In this document: positions 42,175 through 52,402 of the stretch, piece after piece
How the letters are laid out: the number at the start of each line of letters is the position of its first letter
How positions within the stretch are numbered: position 1 is the first letter of the stretch
From: Myxococcales bacterium
Lineage (GTDB): Bacteria > Myxococcota_A > Polyangia > Nannocystales > Nannocystaceae
Reading direction: 5' to 3'
Assembly (NCBI GenBank): GCA_020633335.1
Contig: JACKDU010000002.1
Location: 186,730 to 250,729, forward strand
DNA length: 64,000 nt
Program-made: the position numbers and the translations under genes
The notes under the pieces: model-generated
What the model saw: only the letters and a program-made list of their open reading frames with translations
Databases searched by the model: none
What the model was told of the DNA's origin: nothing

Positions 42175-45100
42175 TCAGCGGCGGTGGGTCGCCAACCAGG
42201 CGTCGACGTCCCTCAGCTCGTCGGCGAAGTCGGGCGAGCCGGCGAAGACCGTGCGGGCCGCGCTCGCCAGCTCCCGGGCCCGCTCGCGGTCGCCCCGGGC
42301 CTCCCAGAGCGCCCGCGCCAGGGTCGCCCTGGCGAGGGCGAGGCGCGGATCGCCGTCCGCGAGCCCGAGCGTCAGCACCCGCTCGAGGCCGGCGACCGCC
42401 TCGGCGGAGCGGCCGAGCTCGAGGCGATCGAGGCCGAGGCCGATCGCCGTCATCACCCCCTCCTTGGCGAGGCCGCGGGCCTCGAAGATCGCCATCGCCC
42501 GCCCGTCGAGGGCGAGCGCCTCGGCGAAGGCCCGCCGCTTGCGCTGGAGGTGGGCGAAGCGGCTCAGGCTCGAGGCCAGCGCCGGGTGCTCCTTGCCGAG
42601 GGCGGCCTCGCGGATCGCCAGCGCCCGCGTCCAGTAGGGCACCGCCTCGTCGTCGCGACCGAGCCGGGAGAGGCTGTCGGCGAGGCCCTCCAGCGGGTAG
42701 GCGACGTTCGGGTGCTCGGGCCCGAGCGCCTCCTCCATCACCGCGAGCGCCCGCTCGTTGGTCCGCCGCGACGCCTCGAAGTCGTGGGCCCGGAGCTCGC
42801 CGAGGCCGATGTTGTAGAGGAGCGTCCCCTTGAGCTTGAGCTCCGCGTCGGGATCGGCGTCGACGATCGCCAGCGCCCGCCGGTAGATCGCCAGCGACTC
42901 CTCCCCCTCGCCCTTGGCCGCGAGGGCCGCCGCGAGGTTGTTAAGGCTGCCGAGCACGTCCGGGTGATCGTCGCCGAACGAGGCCTCGCGGATCGCCAGC
43001 GCCCGCCGATGGAGCGCCAGCGCCTCGTCGACCTCGCCGCCGCTGCGGAGCGCGCTCGCCAGGCTGTCGAGGGTCTCGGCGACCTTCGGGTGCTCGGGCC
43101 CGAGGGCGGCCTCGCGGATCGCCAGCGCCCGCCGGTGGAGCGCCAGCGCCTCCCTGGGCTCGCCGAGCTTCTCCTTGGTGATCGCCAGGTTGTGGAGCGC
43201 CTGGGCGACCATCGGGTGCTCGGGGCCGTAGGCGGCCTCCCAGGCCGCGAGCGTCCGCTCGTGGAGGCGGGCCGCCTCCTCGTACTTGCCGGCCGAGTAG
43301 TGGGCGAGCGCGAGGGCGTTGTCGATCCGCGCCCGCAGGAGCCGCTCCTCGCCGGCGCCGAGCATCGCCAGGGCGGTCGTCGCCGCCTCGGCCCAGACCT
43401 GGCCCTCGGCGAAGCGGTTGCGACGATCGCCGACGACCCACACGAGGTGGGTCATGATCGAGATCGCCAGGCGGGCCTCGCCGGCCTCGCGCGCGCGCTC
43501 CAACGCCCGGATCAGCGATCCCTCGGCGGCTTCGAATTCCCCGAGCTCGCCCTCGGCCTTCGCCAGGGCGAAGAGCGCCTCAGCCTCGAGATCCGGGCGC
43601 CTTCGGGCCTCCGCCGCCTTCAGGGCCTCGCTCGCGGCGTCGCGGCTGGCCACGAATTGACCGGCCGCCACCAGCGACGAGGCCCGCCGCAGGCGACCGC
43701 GGAGGTCGCGGAAGGCCTCGATCTCGCCGGCGCTCGCCAAGCTTCGCTCGCGCAGGCGGGCGACGTCGAGGCACTCCTCGGCCCCCTCGAGGCCGGCCGC
43801 GGCGGCCGTCGCCCGCACCAGCGTCGTCGCGCTCGCGCCGTCGAATTCCTCGATGAGCGAGGCGAAGGAGGCGCGGGACTCGTCGAGGCAGGCGCGCGCG
43901 CGGACCCGGAGATCGTCGTCCCAGATCGCGTCGACCTCGTGGTTGACGCAGGCCTGGGTCGCGCTCCCCCGCCAGGTGGCGGCCCAGCGATCGAGCCAGG
44001 GGATCGTCTTGTCGGCCGTGGTCGCGGCCGCGGGCTTGCCGGTCGCCGTGAAGGCCCGGCGCAGCGAGGCCTGGCGCTCGTCGTTCCAGACCTCGGCGAT
44101 CGCCGCGCCCTCCGCCTCGCAGCCGGCGATCGTCCGCTGCCGCAGCGCCTCGTCGACGCCGAAGCCGGTGACCGCGAGGCCGGCGACGCCGAGGGCGGCG
44201 ACCGCATAGCGGGCGCGGCGGGTCCGCGTGCTGTGGAGATCGAGGGCGCTGAGGAGCGCCCGGAGGTCCGCCCAGCGGCGCTCGGGATCGGGGTCGAGGC
44301 CCCGCTCGAGCACCCGGTTCAGCCAGCGCGGGACCCCGGAGCCGCGCGGCGGCGGCTGGCGCTCGCCGGTCATCACGTTTCGCCGGAGCTCCGCGAAGTT
44401 CTCGCCGCCGAAGGGCCGGACGCCGTGGAGGCCCTCCCAGAGGGTGACGCAGAAGGCGAAGACGTCGGCCGGCGCCCCGGCGACGCCGCCCGCGAACTGC
44501 TCGGGCGCCATGTAGGCGGGCGTGCCGACCACCGCGCCCGCCTGGGTGACGTCGACCGCGAGGCGCCCCTCGACGCTGGTCGTGAGCTCCTCCGCCGGCC
44601 CGCTCGCGCCCCGGCGGGCGAGGCCGAAGTCCATCACCCGCGCCCGACCGTCGCGGCCGATCATCACGTTCTCCGGCTTCACGTCGCGGTGGACGAGCCC
44701 GGCGGCATGGGCGGCCGCGAGGCCCTCGCCGACCGATCGCATCAGCGCCAGGACCTCGCGCCAGGAGTGCGCGTCCTCGCCGAACCACTTGGTCAGCGTC
44801 CGGCCCTCGACGAACTCCATGGCGATCCACACCTCGTCGCCGTGGACGCCGACGTCGTGGACGCCGACGACGTTGGGGTGAGAGAGCTTCGCCAGCGCCT
44901 GGGCCTCGCGGAGGAGCCGCGCCCGCGCCCCCGAGGACCCGGAGATCGAGCCGGCGCCGAGCTCGGGGCGGAGGAGCTTGAGGGCGATCTTGCGGTCGAG
45001 CTCGGGATCGAAGGCGGCGTAGACCACCCCCATCGCCCCGGCGCCGAGGGGATCGAGGATCACGTAGCGGCCGACGATCGACCCCCGTGGCAGCGTCTGG

Positions 45101-46731
45101 ACGGCGCCGCTCGCCTGCCCGAGGCTCTGCAGCGTGACGTCAAAGCTGCTCTGCACGGCCTCGCTCGCGCGGGTCTCGTCGATCCCGCCGGCGGCCCGCG
45201 GGAGATCGCTGGCCCGGGTCTCGCCCCAGCGAGCCTCGCTCACCCGGGTCTCGTCGAGCGCAGCGCGCGGGCGATGGGCCCCGAGCGGTCCAAGGCCCGC
45301 GCGGGTCTCGGCGATCGTCCCCTCCGCCACCGCCTCGATCGACGTCGGCGCGGGCTCGGCCGCCGACGGATCGCGGGTCTCCTCGAGCGAGCCGCCCTCG
45401 GTCGCCGCGCCGGGCAACTTCGGCAGCTCGTGCTGCCCCGAAAAAGAGGTCTCAAAGAGCCAGGCGCTGCTCTCCATCGGCATCTCGTGCTCTCCGTCCG
45501 TGGCGCTCTCGTGGGCCTCGTGGAGAGGCCCGACCCCGCTCCCGAGCGAGGCAAAATCAGGCGGCGCGTCGATCTCGGCGAAGGGCGCCGCGGATCGATC
45601 CGCGAGGGTCGCCGTGTCCTCCTCGATCGAGCCGTCGACCGGGGCCGAAGGCTCGGCGATCGCCGCCAGCGACCCGACGCCGCGACCCTGCGCCGCGAAT
45701 TCCGGGAGCGCGTCGAGGAGGGCGGAGGTCGTCTCGGGGGGCGCCGACGCGGCCTCCGGGAGCTCCTCGTCCTCGTCCTCGGGCGACGCGAGCGCGCGCT
45801 CGGATGCCGACCACGACCCGCTGGCCTCGGCCGCGGAGAGCTCCGAGAGGCTCTCGAGGAGCGACGCGACCTCCCCCTCCGGCGACGCGGGCTCCGGCGG
45901 CGCGTCGAGGAGCGCCGCCGACATCCAGCGCTCGACGAAGGACTTTCCACGCGACTCCGAGGCGGGGACGTCGTCGTCGTCCGGCTCCAGGAGCGTCTTC
46001 AGGAGCTCGTCCACCGGCCGCGGCGTCTCGGTCGACAGGTCGCCCTCCGCAGCCTCCGTAGCCTCCGCAGCCTCTCCCGACGCATCCTCTGACGCACCCT
46101 CCGCCGCATCCGAAGACGACGCGTCCTCCGACGCGTCCGCCGACGCCTCGGCGTCCCCGGGCGCCACATCGGCCGGCGCGTCACCCTCGGCGAGCGAGTC
46201 GCCGGCCCCGTCGGGCGCGGGCTCCGTCGCCGGCCCCTCGCCGCTCACGTCGGCCTCCTCGGCCGCCGCGGGCTCGTCGGCGTCGTCCTCGTCCTCGTCC
46301 TCGCTCCGCGGGCTCAGGAGCGCGTCGAGGATCGATCCGCCCCCGCTCGCGCCGAGCCCGGACGCCAGCGCGTCGCCCTCGGGCGCCGCGTCATCCTCCA
46401 CGGGCTCCGCGAGCAACGGCGCAGAGACGCCGACCTGCAGGGCGAGCGCCGCCAGCGAGAGACCGTCGTCGTCGTCGCTCTTCGAGCCCGCCGTGGTGAC
46501 CGGCGGGCCGCTTCGAATCGACTCCAGGACGCCGCCCCGCGCGACCTCGACGGCTCCGCCGCCGATCGTCTGATACGTGTCCTTCGGCCCGCGCCCGCGC
46601 CCGTCCTCGTCACCCACCACCACACGACGATGGTAGCGAGGGTGCGAGGCGCTCCGCTCGACAAAACCCGGCCACGATTCCGCGCCCCCGAGGCGCTCCT
46701 TCGCTCTCGCATGTCCGAAGAGACATGTCAT
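42175..46731 (-). CDS. Ser/Thr protein kinase with ~500-aa acidic low-complexity N-terminal region and long C-terminal TPR-repeat array
   Basis: kinase blocks GAGAMGVVYAAF, HRDVKPENVMI, DFGLA, APE; C-terminal TPR_10/12-like repeats (HRRALAIREAALGPEHPKVAETLDSLA x several); the start at 46731 is uncertain; the listed 2294-aa ORF fuses this gene with an out-of-frame read-through of recD2. Confidence 0.7.
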   Translation of the reverse strand: MTCLFGHARAKERLGGAESWPGFVERSASHPRYHRRVVVGDEDGRGRGPKDTYQTIGGGAVEVARGGVLESIRSGPPVTTAGSKSDDDDGLSLAALALQVGVSAPLLAEPVEDDAAPEGDALASGLGASGGGSILDALLSPRSEDEDEDDADEPAAAEEADVSGEGPATEPAPDGAGDSLAEGDAPADVAPGDAEASADASEDASSSDAAEGASEDASGEAAEATEAAEGDLSTETPRPVDELLKTLLEPDDDDVPASESRGKSFVERWMSAALLDAPPEPASPEGEVASLLESLSELSAAEASGSWSASERALASPEDEDEELPEAASAPPETTSALLDALPEFAAQGRGVGSLAAIAEPSAPVDGSIEEDTATLADRSAAPFAEIDAPPDFASLGSGVGPLHEAHESATDGEHEMPMESSAWLFETSFSGQHELPKLPGAATEGGSLEETRDPSAAEPAPTSIEAVAEGTIAETRAGLGPLGAHRPRAALDETRVSEARWGETRASDLPRAAGGIDETRASEAVQSSFDVTLQSLGQASGAVQTLPRGSIVGRYVILDPLGAGAMGVVYAAFDPELDRKIALKLLRPELGAGSISGSSGARARLLREAQALAKLSHPNVVGVHDVGVHGDEVWIAMEFVEGRTLTKWFGEDAHSWREVLALMRSVGEGLAAAHAAGLVHRDVKPENVMIGRDGRARVMDFGLARRGASGPAEELTTSVEGRLAVDVTQAGAVVGTPAYMAPEQFAGGVAGAPADVFAFCVTLWEGLHGVRPFGGENFAELRRNVMTGERQPPPRGSGVPRWLNRVLERGLDPDPERRWADLRALLSALDLHSTRTRRARYAVAALGVAGLAVTGFGVDEALRQRTIAGCEAEGAAIAEVWNDERQASLRRAFTATGKPAAATTADKTIPWLDRWAATWRGSATQACVNHEVDAIWDDDLRVRARACLDESRASFASLIEEFDGASATTLVRATAAAAGLEGAEECLDVARLRERSLASAGEIEAFRDLRGRLRRASSLVAAGQFVASRDAASEALKAAEARRRPDLEAEALFALAKAEGELGEFEAAEGSLIRALERAREAGEARLAISIMTHLVWVVGDRRNRFAEGQVWAEAATTALAMLGAGEERLLRARIDNALALAHYSAGKYEEAARLHERTLAAWEAAYGPEHPMVAQALHNLAITKEKLGEPREALALHRRALAIREAALGPEHPKVAETLDSLASALRSGGEVDEALALHRRALAIREASFGDDHPDVLGSLNNLAAALAAKGEGEESLAIYRRALAIVDADPDAELKLKGTLLYNIGLGELRAHDFEASRRTNERALAVMEEALGPEHPNVAYPLEGLADSLSRLGRDDEAVPYWTRALAIREAALGKEHPALASSLSRFAHLQRKRRAFAEALALDGRAMAIFEARGLAKEGVMTAIGLGLDRLELGRSAEAVAGLERVLTLGLADGDPRLALARATLARALWEARGDRERARELASAARTVFAGSPDFADELRDVDAWLATHRR
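46708..46730. promoter_or_regulatory. copy 2 of the ACATGT-N8-ACATGT motif (minus strand TGACATGT-ctcttcgg-ACATGCG) overlapping the first candidate start codon of the kinase
   Basis: same hexamers and near-identical spacer (ctcttcgg vs ctctttga vs ctcattgg) as the copies at 14643 and 51295. Confidence 0.4.
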
Positions 46732-46976
46732 TGAGAGGCGCGAAGACGCGTGGTGCGAAGACGCGCGCAGCGCCCCCACAACTCGGACGCCAGAGCGACG
46801 CCCGCCGCCCGCCGCCGACGATCCGCCGGCGCGAGAACGGACCTCCCCGACGCCGCTCTCGCTCGCGCGCAGCCTCGGCCCCTCCCCGCGCCACGCCCAC
46901 CTCGACCTCGTCCGACGCCGGGCCGCCGACGACGCTCTCGGCGCGAGGAGCGACCGCCGCGGCGTCGCAACGCCAG

Positions 46977-49268
46977 CTAGTCGACGTCGATGATCTCGAG
47001 CTCGCCCATCGCCCCGCGGATCGCCGCGCTCAGGCGCTCGCCGAGGCCGGTGAAGCGGCGCGCGGCGTCGGCCCGACGGATCGCCTGGGCGATCGCCCGC
47101 GGGTCGCCGACGAGGACGCAGAGCCGCTGCGCGCGGGTGACCGCGGTGTAGAGGAGGTTGCGGCGGAGCATCACGTAGTGCTCGCCGAGGAGCGGGATGA
47201 TCACCGCCGGGAACTCGCTCCCCTGGCTCTTGTGGATCGTCACCGCGTAGGCGAGCTGGAGCGCCGGCAGCTGCTTCTGCTCGTAGGTCACCGGCAGGCC
47301 GTCGACCTCGACCACCAGGGTCCCGCGATCGGGGCTGACGCTGACCACCTGGCCGATGTCGCCGTTGAAGACCCCGCGCTCGTAGTCGTTGCGGGTCTGC
47401 ATCACCCGATCGCCGACCCGGAAGACCCGCGGCTGCGCGCGGCCGACCGCCTCGGTGACCAGCTCGGGGTTGCCGGCGGTGAAGCGCTCCTGCAGCGCCT
47501 TGTTGAAGGCCGCGGTCCCGGCCCTCCCCTTGTGCATCGGGCAGAGGATCTGGACCTCGGTCCGCGGGTCGAGCCCGTAGGCCTCGGGCGCGCGCTCGCA
47601 GACCGCCTTCATCACCAGCTCGTGCGCCCGCTCGGCGTCGCGCGCGTGGACCACGAAGAATTGCCCGGCGCCGCCGCTGTCCGGCTGCAGGCGCCCGCCC
47701 TCGAGGATCGTGTGGGCGTTGACGATGATCGACGAGCCCTCGGCCTGGCGGAAGATCTGGGTCAGGCGGACCACCGGGATCGGCGAGCCCGCGCGATCGG
47801 CCGCGGCGATCACGTCGCGGAGGACGTTGCCCGGGCCGACCGAGGGGAGCTGATCGACGTCGCCGACCAGCATGAGGCGGTGCTCCGGGGTGAGCGCGGT
47901 GAAGAGCGCCTCGGCGAGGGGCAGGTCGAGCATCGACGCCTCGTCGATCACCACCAGCGCCGGCGAGGGGAGCGGGTTGTTGGCGTGGTAGGTGAAGGCG
48001 CCGCTGCTCCCCTGGATCTCGAGGAGGCGGTGGATCGTCCGCGCCTCCTGGCCGGTCGCCTCGGCGAGGCGCTTGGCCGCCCGCCCGGTCGGCGCCGCCA
48101 GCATCAGCTCGCACTCGTGGCGGAGCGCCATCTCGATCACCTGGCGGATCACCGTGCTCTTGCCGGTGCCTGGCCCTCCGGTCAGGATCACAAGGCCAGC
48201 CTCGGCGATCGCCCGCACGGCCTGGACCTGGCCCGGGCTGAGGTGGCTCGGGAGCTCGCCGGGATCCCAGCGGGCGTGGGCGGTGGTGGTCGCCAGCTCG
48301 GCGAGGATCGCCGCGACGTGCTCCTCGGCGGCGTGGAGGTGGGCCGGGAAGAGGAGCGCCGGGCCGCGCTCGCGCCGCTCCTCGATCAGGTCGCCGGAGA
48401 GGAGGAGGCGGCCGATCCCCGCGTCGACCCGCTCGGGCGGGATCCCGTCGCTGAGCACCATCGCCTGGGGATCGCGGCCGGCGGGGAGCGCCAGGAGGCG
48501 GACCGCGTCGTGGACCAGGCGCTCGCGCGGGAGCGCGCAGTGGCCGTCGCTCTCCGCCTGCTCGAGGACGTAGAGGAGGCCGGCGTCGATCCGATCGTCG
48601 CTCTCCATGTCGACCCCGAGCGCGCGGGCGATCCGGTCGGCGGTCAGGAAGCCGATCCCCCGGACCTCGCGCGCGAGGCGGTAGGGGTGGCGGCGGAGCA
48701 CCGTCAGCGCGTCGGCGTTGTAGCGGCGGACCAGCGCCTCGGCGTGGTGGGCCGGGAGATCGAGCTCGACGAGCTGGTTCTCGACCTCGACCAGCGGCCC
48801 CGAGCGGCTCGAGTGGTACTCGAGGACGCGCTCCAGCGTCTTCGGGCCGATCCCCTCGATCTCGAGGAGGCGGCGCGGCTGCTTGTCGAGGATCGTGAAG
48901 GTGTCGGCGCCGAAGCGGCGGACGATCTTGTCGGCCTTGTCCTTGCCGAGGCCCGGGTACTTCTCGAGGCGCCGCTGGATCCCCGGGAGGGTGGTCGGCG
49001 CCTTGACGACCAGGCGGGCGAAGGAGAACTGGCGGCCGTGGACCGGGTGCATCACCCACTCGCCGGCGGCCGAGACCTGGGCGCCGTCCTCGACCCCGAG
49101 CGAGCGGCCGACCCAGGTCGAGGGCTCGGCCTCGCCGCTCACGTAGACCCGGAGGACCGTGTAGCGGGAGTCGCGCGAGAAGAAGACCGTGTTGGAGACC
49201 CGCCCCTCGAGGCGGACCTCGGAGGCCGGGTCGCCCGCGTCGCGCGAAGGATCAGCGGTGCCGGCCAT
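46977..49268 (-). CDS. recD2: ATP-dependent RecD-like DNA helicase (RecD2 / helicase RecD-TraA family)
   Basis: Walker A LTGGPGTGKST, DEASMLD, motif III GDVDQLPSVGPG, C-terminal VTIHKSQGSEF and N-terminal HhH/OB region; ATG at 49268; the longer ORF extension is Arg-rich junk. Confidence 0.8.
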   Translation of the reverse strand: MAGTADPSRDAGDPASEVRLEGRVSNTVFFSRDSRYTVLRVYVSGEAEPSTWVGRSLGVEDGAQVSAAGEWVMHPVHGRQFSFARLVVKAPTTLPGIQRRLEKYPGLGKDKADKIVRRFGADTFTILDKQPRRLLEIEGIGPKTLERVLEYHSSRSGPLVEVENQLVELDLPAHHAEALVRRYNADALTVLRRHPYRLAREVRGIGFLTADRIARALGVDMESDDRIDAGLLYVLEQAESDGHCALPRERLVHDAVRLLALPAGRDPQAMVLSDGIPPERVDAGIGRLLLSGDLIEERRERGPALLFPAHLHAAEEHVAAILAELATTTAHARWDPGELPSHLSPGQVQAVRAIAEAGLVILTGGPGTGKSTVIRQVIEMALRHECELMLAAPTGRAAKRLAEATGQEARTIHRLLEIQGSSGAFTYHANNPLPSPALVVIDEASMLDLPLAEALFTALTPEHRLMLVGDVDQLPSVGPGNVLRDVIAAADRAGSPIPVVRLTQIFRQAEGSSIIVNAHTILEGGRLQPDSGGAGQFFVVHARDAERAHELVMKAVCERAPEAYGLDPRTEVQILCPMHKGRAGTAAFNKALQERFTAGNPELVTEAVGRAQPRVFRVGDRVMQTRNDYERGVFNGDIGQVVSVSPDRGTLVVEVDGLPVTYEQKQLPALQLAYAVTIHKSQGSEFPAVIIPLLGEHYVMLRRNLLYTAVTRAQRLCVLVGDPRAIAQAIRRADAARRFTGLGERLSAAIRGAMGELEIIDVD

Positions 49269-49459
49269 GGCCGCGCAAGAATGCGACAGCGCGGTCGCAG
49301 GCGAAAGCCCCAAGGTCAGCGCGTCCTCACCCGCGCCGCGCACCCCTGCGCCGCGCTGCGTGAGCGCGGCCAGGGCGGTGCACGAGCGCGGCGCGCCCTC
49401 ACTCGACCCGCGCACCCCTGCGCCGAGATCGTCCCGGCCGAGCGCCGCCCGCGTCGACC

Positions 49460-51202
49460 TCACGGCGCCCACCCCGGCGACGCGCTCCCGAGCGGGTGAG
49501 TGCGCCAGCCGTCGTCGCGATCGCAGCCGCCGGCGTCGACGTTGACGATGCTCCGCCCCTGATCGGCGGCCGCCTGGACCGCGACCGGCGTGCGCATCGA
49601 CGCGACCAGCGTCGGCGGCGAGATCTGGAAGAGGGTGAGCGGCTCGCCGCCGTTGCTCAGGCCGCCGGCGCCGAGCGACCCCTTGAGGGTGAGGAGCGTC
49701 GACCCGGCCGCCGGCGCCGGATCGCGGGGATCGTCCGGATCGTAGGCGCCGCCGACGATCACCGCCCGCGCCCCCGGCGTGGTCTCGAAGGGCGGGAGCG
49801 CCTGGCCGATCGATCCCCCGCCGGCGAGCGCCGCCTCGATCTCCTCCCAACTCCGGTCGGCGATCCAGAGCGCCTCGCCCGAAAACGCGATCGCCTCGCC
49901 GCCCCGGCGGGGATCGACGAGCTCGACGAATTCCTGGGCGGGCTCGGGCCCCGCGGGGTTGGCGAGGACCTCGGCGATCGCCAGCGGCGGCGGCTCCGGA
50001 CCCTCGCCGAGGGCGATCGACCGGAGCTCCGCGGCGTGGTTGCCGGCGCGATCGACGAGGACGATCGACGCGTCGATCGTCGGCGCGCCCGGCCAATCTT
50101 CGAGGAAGCTCGCCACCGCCACCCTCCCCTCGCCGCTCGCCCGCGCCGGCGCCAGGCCGTCGATCCAGAGCTCGAGGCGCAGCGCCTCGTCGCCCTCGTA
50201 GATCGCGTGGACGCAGCGCCCGCGGCGGACGGTCGTCACGGCCGCGAGCGGCGGCGGGCTCCGATCCTCGTCGGCGGCGGCGACGAAGCGCGGCGCCGCC
50301 GGCGGAGGGATCGCCTCGCGCCCCTCCCGATCGCGGATCGTCCCGCCGCCCAGGCGATAGCCGCGCCCCGGCTCGAGGCCCGCCGAGACCCGCCACTCGA
50401 GGCAGAGGCCCTGCACCCAGCCGGCGCAGGGCATCGGCTCGACCAGCCAGATCACCGCGCCGTCGTCACCGACGAGCTCGAGGCGCGGGTCGTCGCCCGC
50501 GAGCGCGACCGGTCGGGCGAAGCGCGTCACGACCGTCGCCAGGTTGCGCGGGACCACCTCGCCGGCCGCGGGGACCAGAAGCTCCGCCTCGGGCCCCGAG
50601 GAGCCACGGCCGGCGGTCACGAAGTCGGCCCGCCAGCGGCCGCGTTCGCCTCGCCCGTCGACCAGCGGCGCCCCGCTGCGATCCCGGAGCGCGCCGCCGA
50701 TCACCAGAGAGTGCCGGGAGAACTCGACGAGGGGCTCCGCCGGGCCGATCCGGAGGACCGATCCAGGTCCGCCCGGGCCGTCGACGATCGACCACGCGAC
50801 GGCGATCATGCCCTCAAAGTCGCCGCGATCGAGGCGCCCGAGCTCGCCGCTGCCGAGCGGATCGACCTGACAGCGCCCCCGCTCGCAGGATCCCTCGGCG
50901 CAGAGCGGCGCGAGGTCGCAGCGGCCGACCTCCTCCCACTCGACGATCGCCAGCGCCCCGGCCAGACTCGCGGGATCGATCGGCTCGGAGAAGGCGATCT
51001 CGTGGACCTCGGCGACCCCGACCTCGAGCGTCCGCGGGCCGGCGAGGCTCGCGGCGATCACCCGCGGGCCCTCGAGATCGGCGTCCGCCTCCCACTCCAC
51101 GCAGGCGCTCGCGCTCGTCACGAGAAACGCGAGGAGCAGGCCGAACACGCGAAAACTGGCGCTGGCGCTGGCGCGGGGAGCCGATGGCGATCCCATGGAC
51201 AT
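49460..51202 (-). CDS. secreted protein with C-terminal lamin-tail domain (LTD)
   Basis: signal peptide FRVFGLLLAFLVTSASA; IAEVLANPAGPEPAQEFVELV...GEALWIADRS matches the LTD pattern. Confidence 0.55.
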   Translation of the reverse strand: MSMGSPSAPRASASASFRVFGLLLAFLVTSASACVEWEADADLEGPRVIAASLAGPRTLEVGVAEVHEIAFSEPIDPASLAGALAIVEWEEVGRCDLAPLCAEGSCERGRCQVDPLGSGELGRLDRGDFEGMIAVAWSIVDGPGGPGSVLRIGPAEPLVEFSRHSLVIGGALRDRSGAPLVDGRGERGRWRADFVTAGRGSSGPEAELLVPAAGEVVPRNLATVVTRFARPVALAGDDPRLELVGDDGAVIWLVEPMPCAGWVQGLCLEWRVSAGLEPGRGYRLGGGTIRDREGREAIPPPAAPRFVAAADEDRSPPPLAAVTTVRRGRCVHAIYEGDEALRLELWIDGLAPARASGEGRVAVASFLEDWPGAPTIDASIVLVDRAGNHAAELRSIALGEGPEPPPLAIAEVLANPAGPEPAQEFVELVDPRRGGEAIAFSGEALWIADRSWEEIEAALAGGGSIGQALPPFETTPGARAVIVGGAYDPDDPRDPAPAAGSTLLTLKGSLGAGGLSNGGEPLTLFQISPPTLVASMRTPVAVQAAADQGRSIVNVDAGGCDRDDGWRTHPLGSASPGWAP

Positions 51203-51294
51203 CCCACTCGACCGCCGAGCGCCGCCGTTGCGCGCCCGCGCGCGAAAAAGTCTCGCGCCGTCACCGCCGCCCTCTCCCTCGGGCCCGCGCTGGA

Positions 51295-51318
51295 CCACAT
51301 GTCTCATTGGACATGTGG
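51295..51318. promoter_or_regulatory. copy 3 of the ACATGT motif: CCACATGTC-tcattg-GACATGTGG, perfect 9-bp inverted repeat, ~90 bp upstream of the LTD gene; degenerate copy at 51351..51367
   Basis: read directly; second partial copy tCATGTcccttcggACAG 33 bp downstream. Confidence 0.4.
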
Positions 51319-51378
51319 ATGCGCCCCTCCCCGCGGGCGCGCCCATCCTTCATGTCCCTTCGGACAGAAAAGAACAAC

Positions 51379-52308
51379 TCAGCGCCCGCAGCCGACGATC
51401 CCCAGCGCCCCGCCGAGCTCGCCCGCGGCCGCGAACGAGGGCCCCGCGTCCCGATAGCGGTGGCCCCGCCAGAAGTCCCGCGGGTCCTCGGCGACGTCGA
51501 GGAAGCGCTCGCCCTCCCGCGCCCCCGCGACCACCGCGATCGGCGTCGAGATCGACTCCCCGGAGAGCATGAAGTGGAGGGTGAGCACGTCCCCCGCGCG
51601 GCGGTAGGTCAGCGCCTCCGTCGTCCACTCGTCGTAGTCGCCGCGGTGGAACCAGCCGACCCCGCGGCCGTCGATCGTCTGCGGCTGGAGCTGGTACATG
51701 CCGAAGCCGATCCCGCCGGCAGCGAAGCGCCGCTCGTCGCTCCAGAGGCGGTTGCCGATCCCCCCTCCGGCCGCGTCGACCTCGTGGTCCACGTCACAGG
51801 CGACCGCCCGCGCGTCGCCGTCGCGAAAGTAGCGGGCCCCCGCCTCCCGCGGATCGCCCTCGAGGATCAGCCAGGTCCGCCCCGGGATCTCCGGATCGGC
51901 CTCGAGGCGGTAGGCCAGCGTGTGCTCCTCGCCGGTCTTGCGGAAGCGCAGGTGCACCCGCCCGCCGACGAAGCGGTAGTCGAAGGCGTGGGTGTTGGTC
52001 AGGCCGACCTTGCCGTAGCGGTAGAGGCCGATCCCGCCGCCGTGGAAGTAGTAGAAGCGGACGAGATCGCCCTCGGAGTGGGCCGCGAAGCGGTGCCAGA
52101 CGCCGACCAGCGGATCGCTCGCGGGCGCCTCGTCGCACGCCGGATCGACGGCCGCGGCCTCGGCGAGGAGCGCCGCCTCGTCGACCTCGACGATCGTCGT
52201 CGCGGCCGGGGCCGGGGCCGGGCGCTCGATCCCCGCGAGGGCGAGGACGAGCGGCACCGCGAGGAGACCGACGAGGGAGCAGCCGGTGGAGATCTTCGTC
52301 TGCGACAT
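51379..52308 (-). CDS. secreted hypothetical protein
   Basis: signal peptide MSQTKISTGCSLVGLLAVPLVLALAG; Trp/Tyr/Gly-rich mature region; codon usage consistent with coding. Confidence 0.45.
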   Translation of the reverse strand: MSQTKISTGCSLVGLLAVPLVLALAGIERPAPAPAATTIVEVDEAALLAEAAAVDPACDEAPASDPLVGVWHRFAAHSEGDLVRFYYFHGGGIGLYRYGKVGLTNTHAFDYRFVGGRVHLRFRKTGEEHTLAYRLEADPEIPGRTWLILEGDPREAGARYFRDGDARAVACDVDHEVDAAGGGIGNRLWSDERRFAAGGIGFGMYQLQPQTIDGRGVGWFHRGDYDEWTTEALTYRRAGDVLTLHFMLSGESISTPIAVVAGAREGERFLDVAEDPRDFWRGHRYRDAGPSFAAAGELGGALGIVGCGR

Positions 52309-52402
52309 CGCCGGGCAGGATAACGCAGCCTCGCCGACCGACGTCGGCCCCGCCGCGCCTGCGACGCTTGCGCGCGCCCCGACGATCGGCAAAAAAGGCG
52401 CC

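Noticed and set aside
42142-46092. 1316-aa plus-strand ORF
   Set aside because: Antisense of the kinase gene; low-complexity Arg/Gly/Glu composition with no recognisable domains.
42175-49059. 2294-aa fused ORF
   Set aside because: An artefact of scarce stop codons: the upstream 770 codons are an out-of-frame read-through of recD2 (Arg/Pro-rich junk). It was split into recD2 (46977..49268) and the TPR kinase (42175..46731).
46977-50396. 1139-aa version of the RecD2 ORF
   Set aside because: The first ~375 codons are Arg/Gly-rich junk; the helicase N-terminus begins at MAGTADPSRD (ATG 49268).
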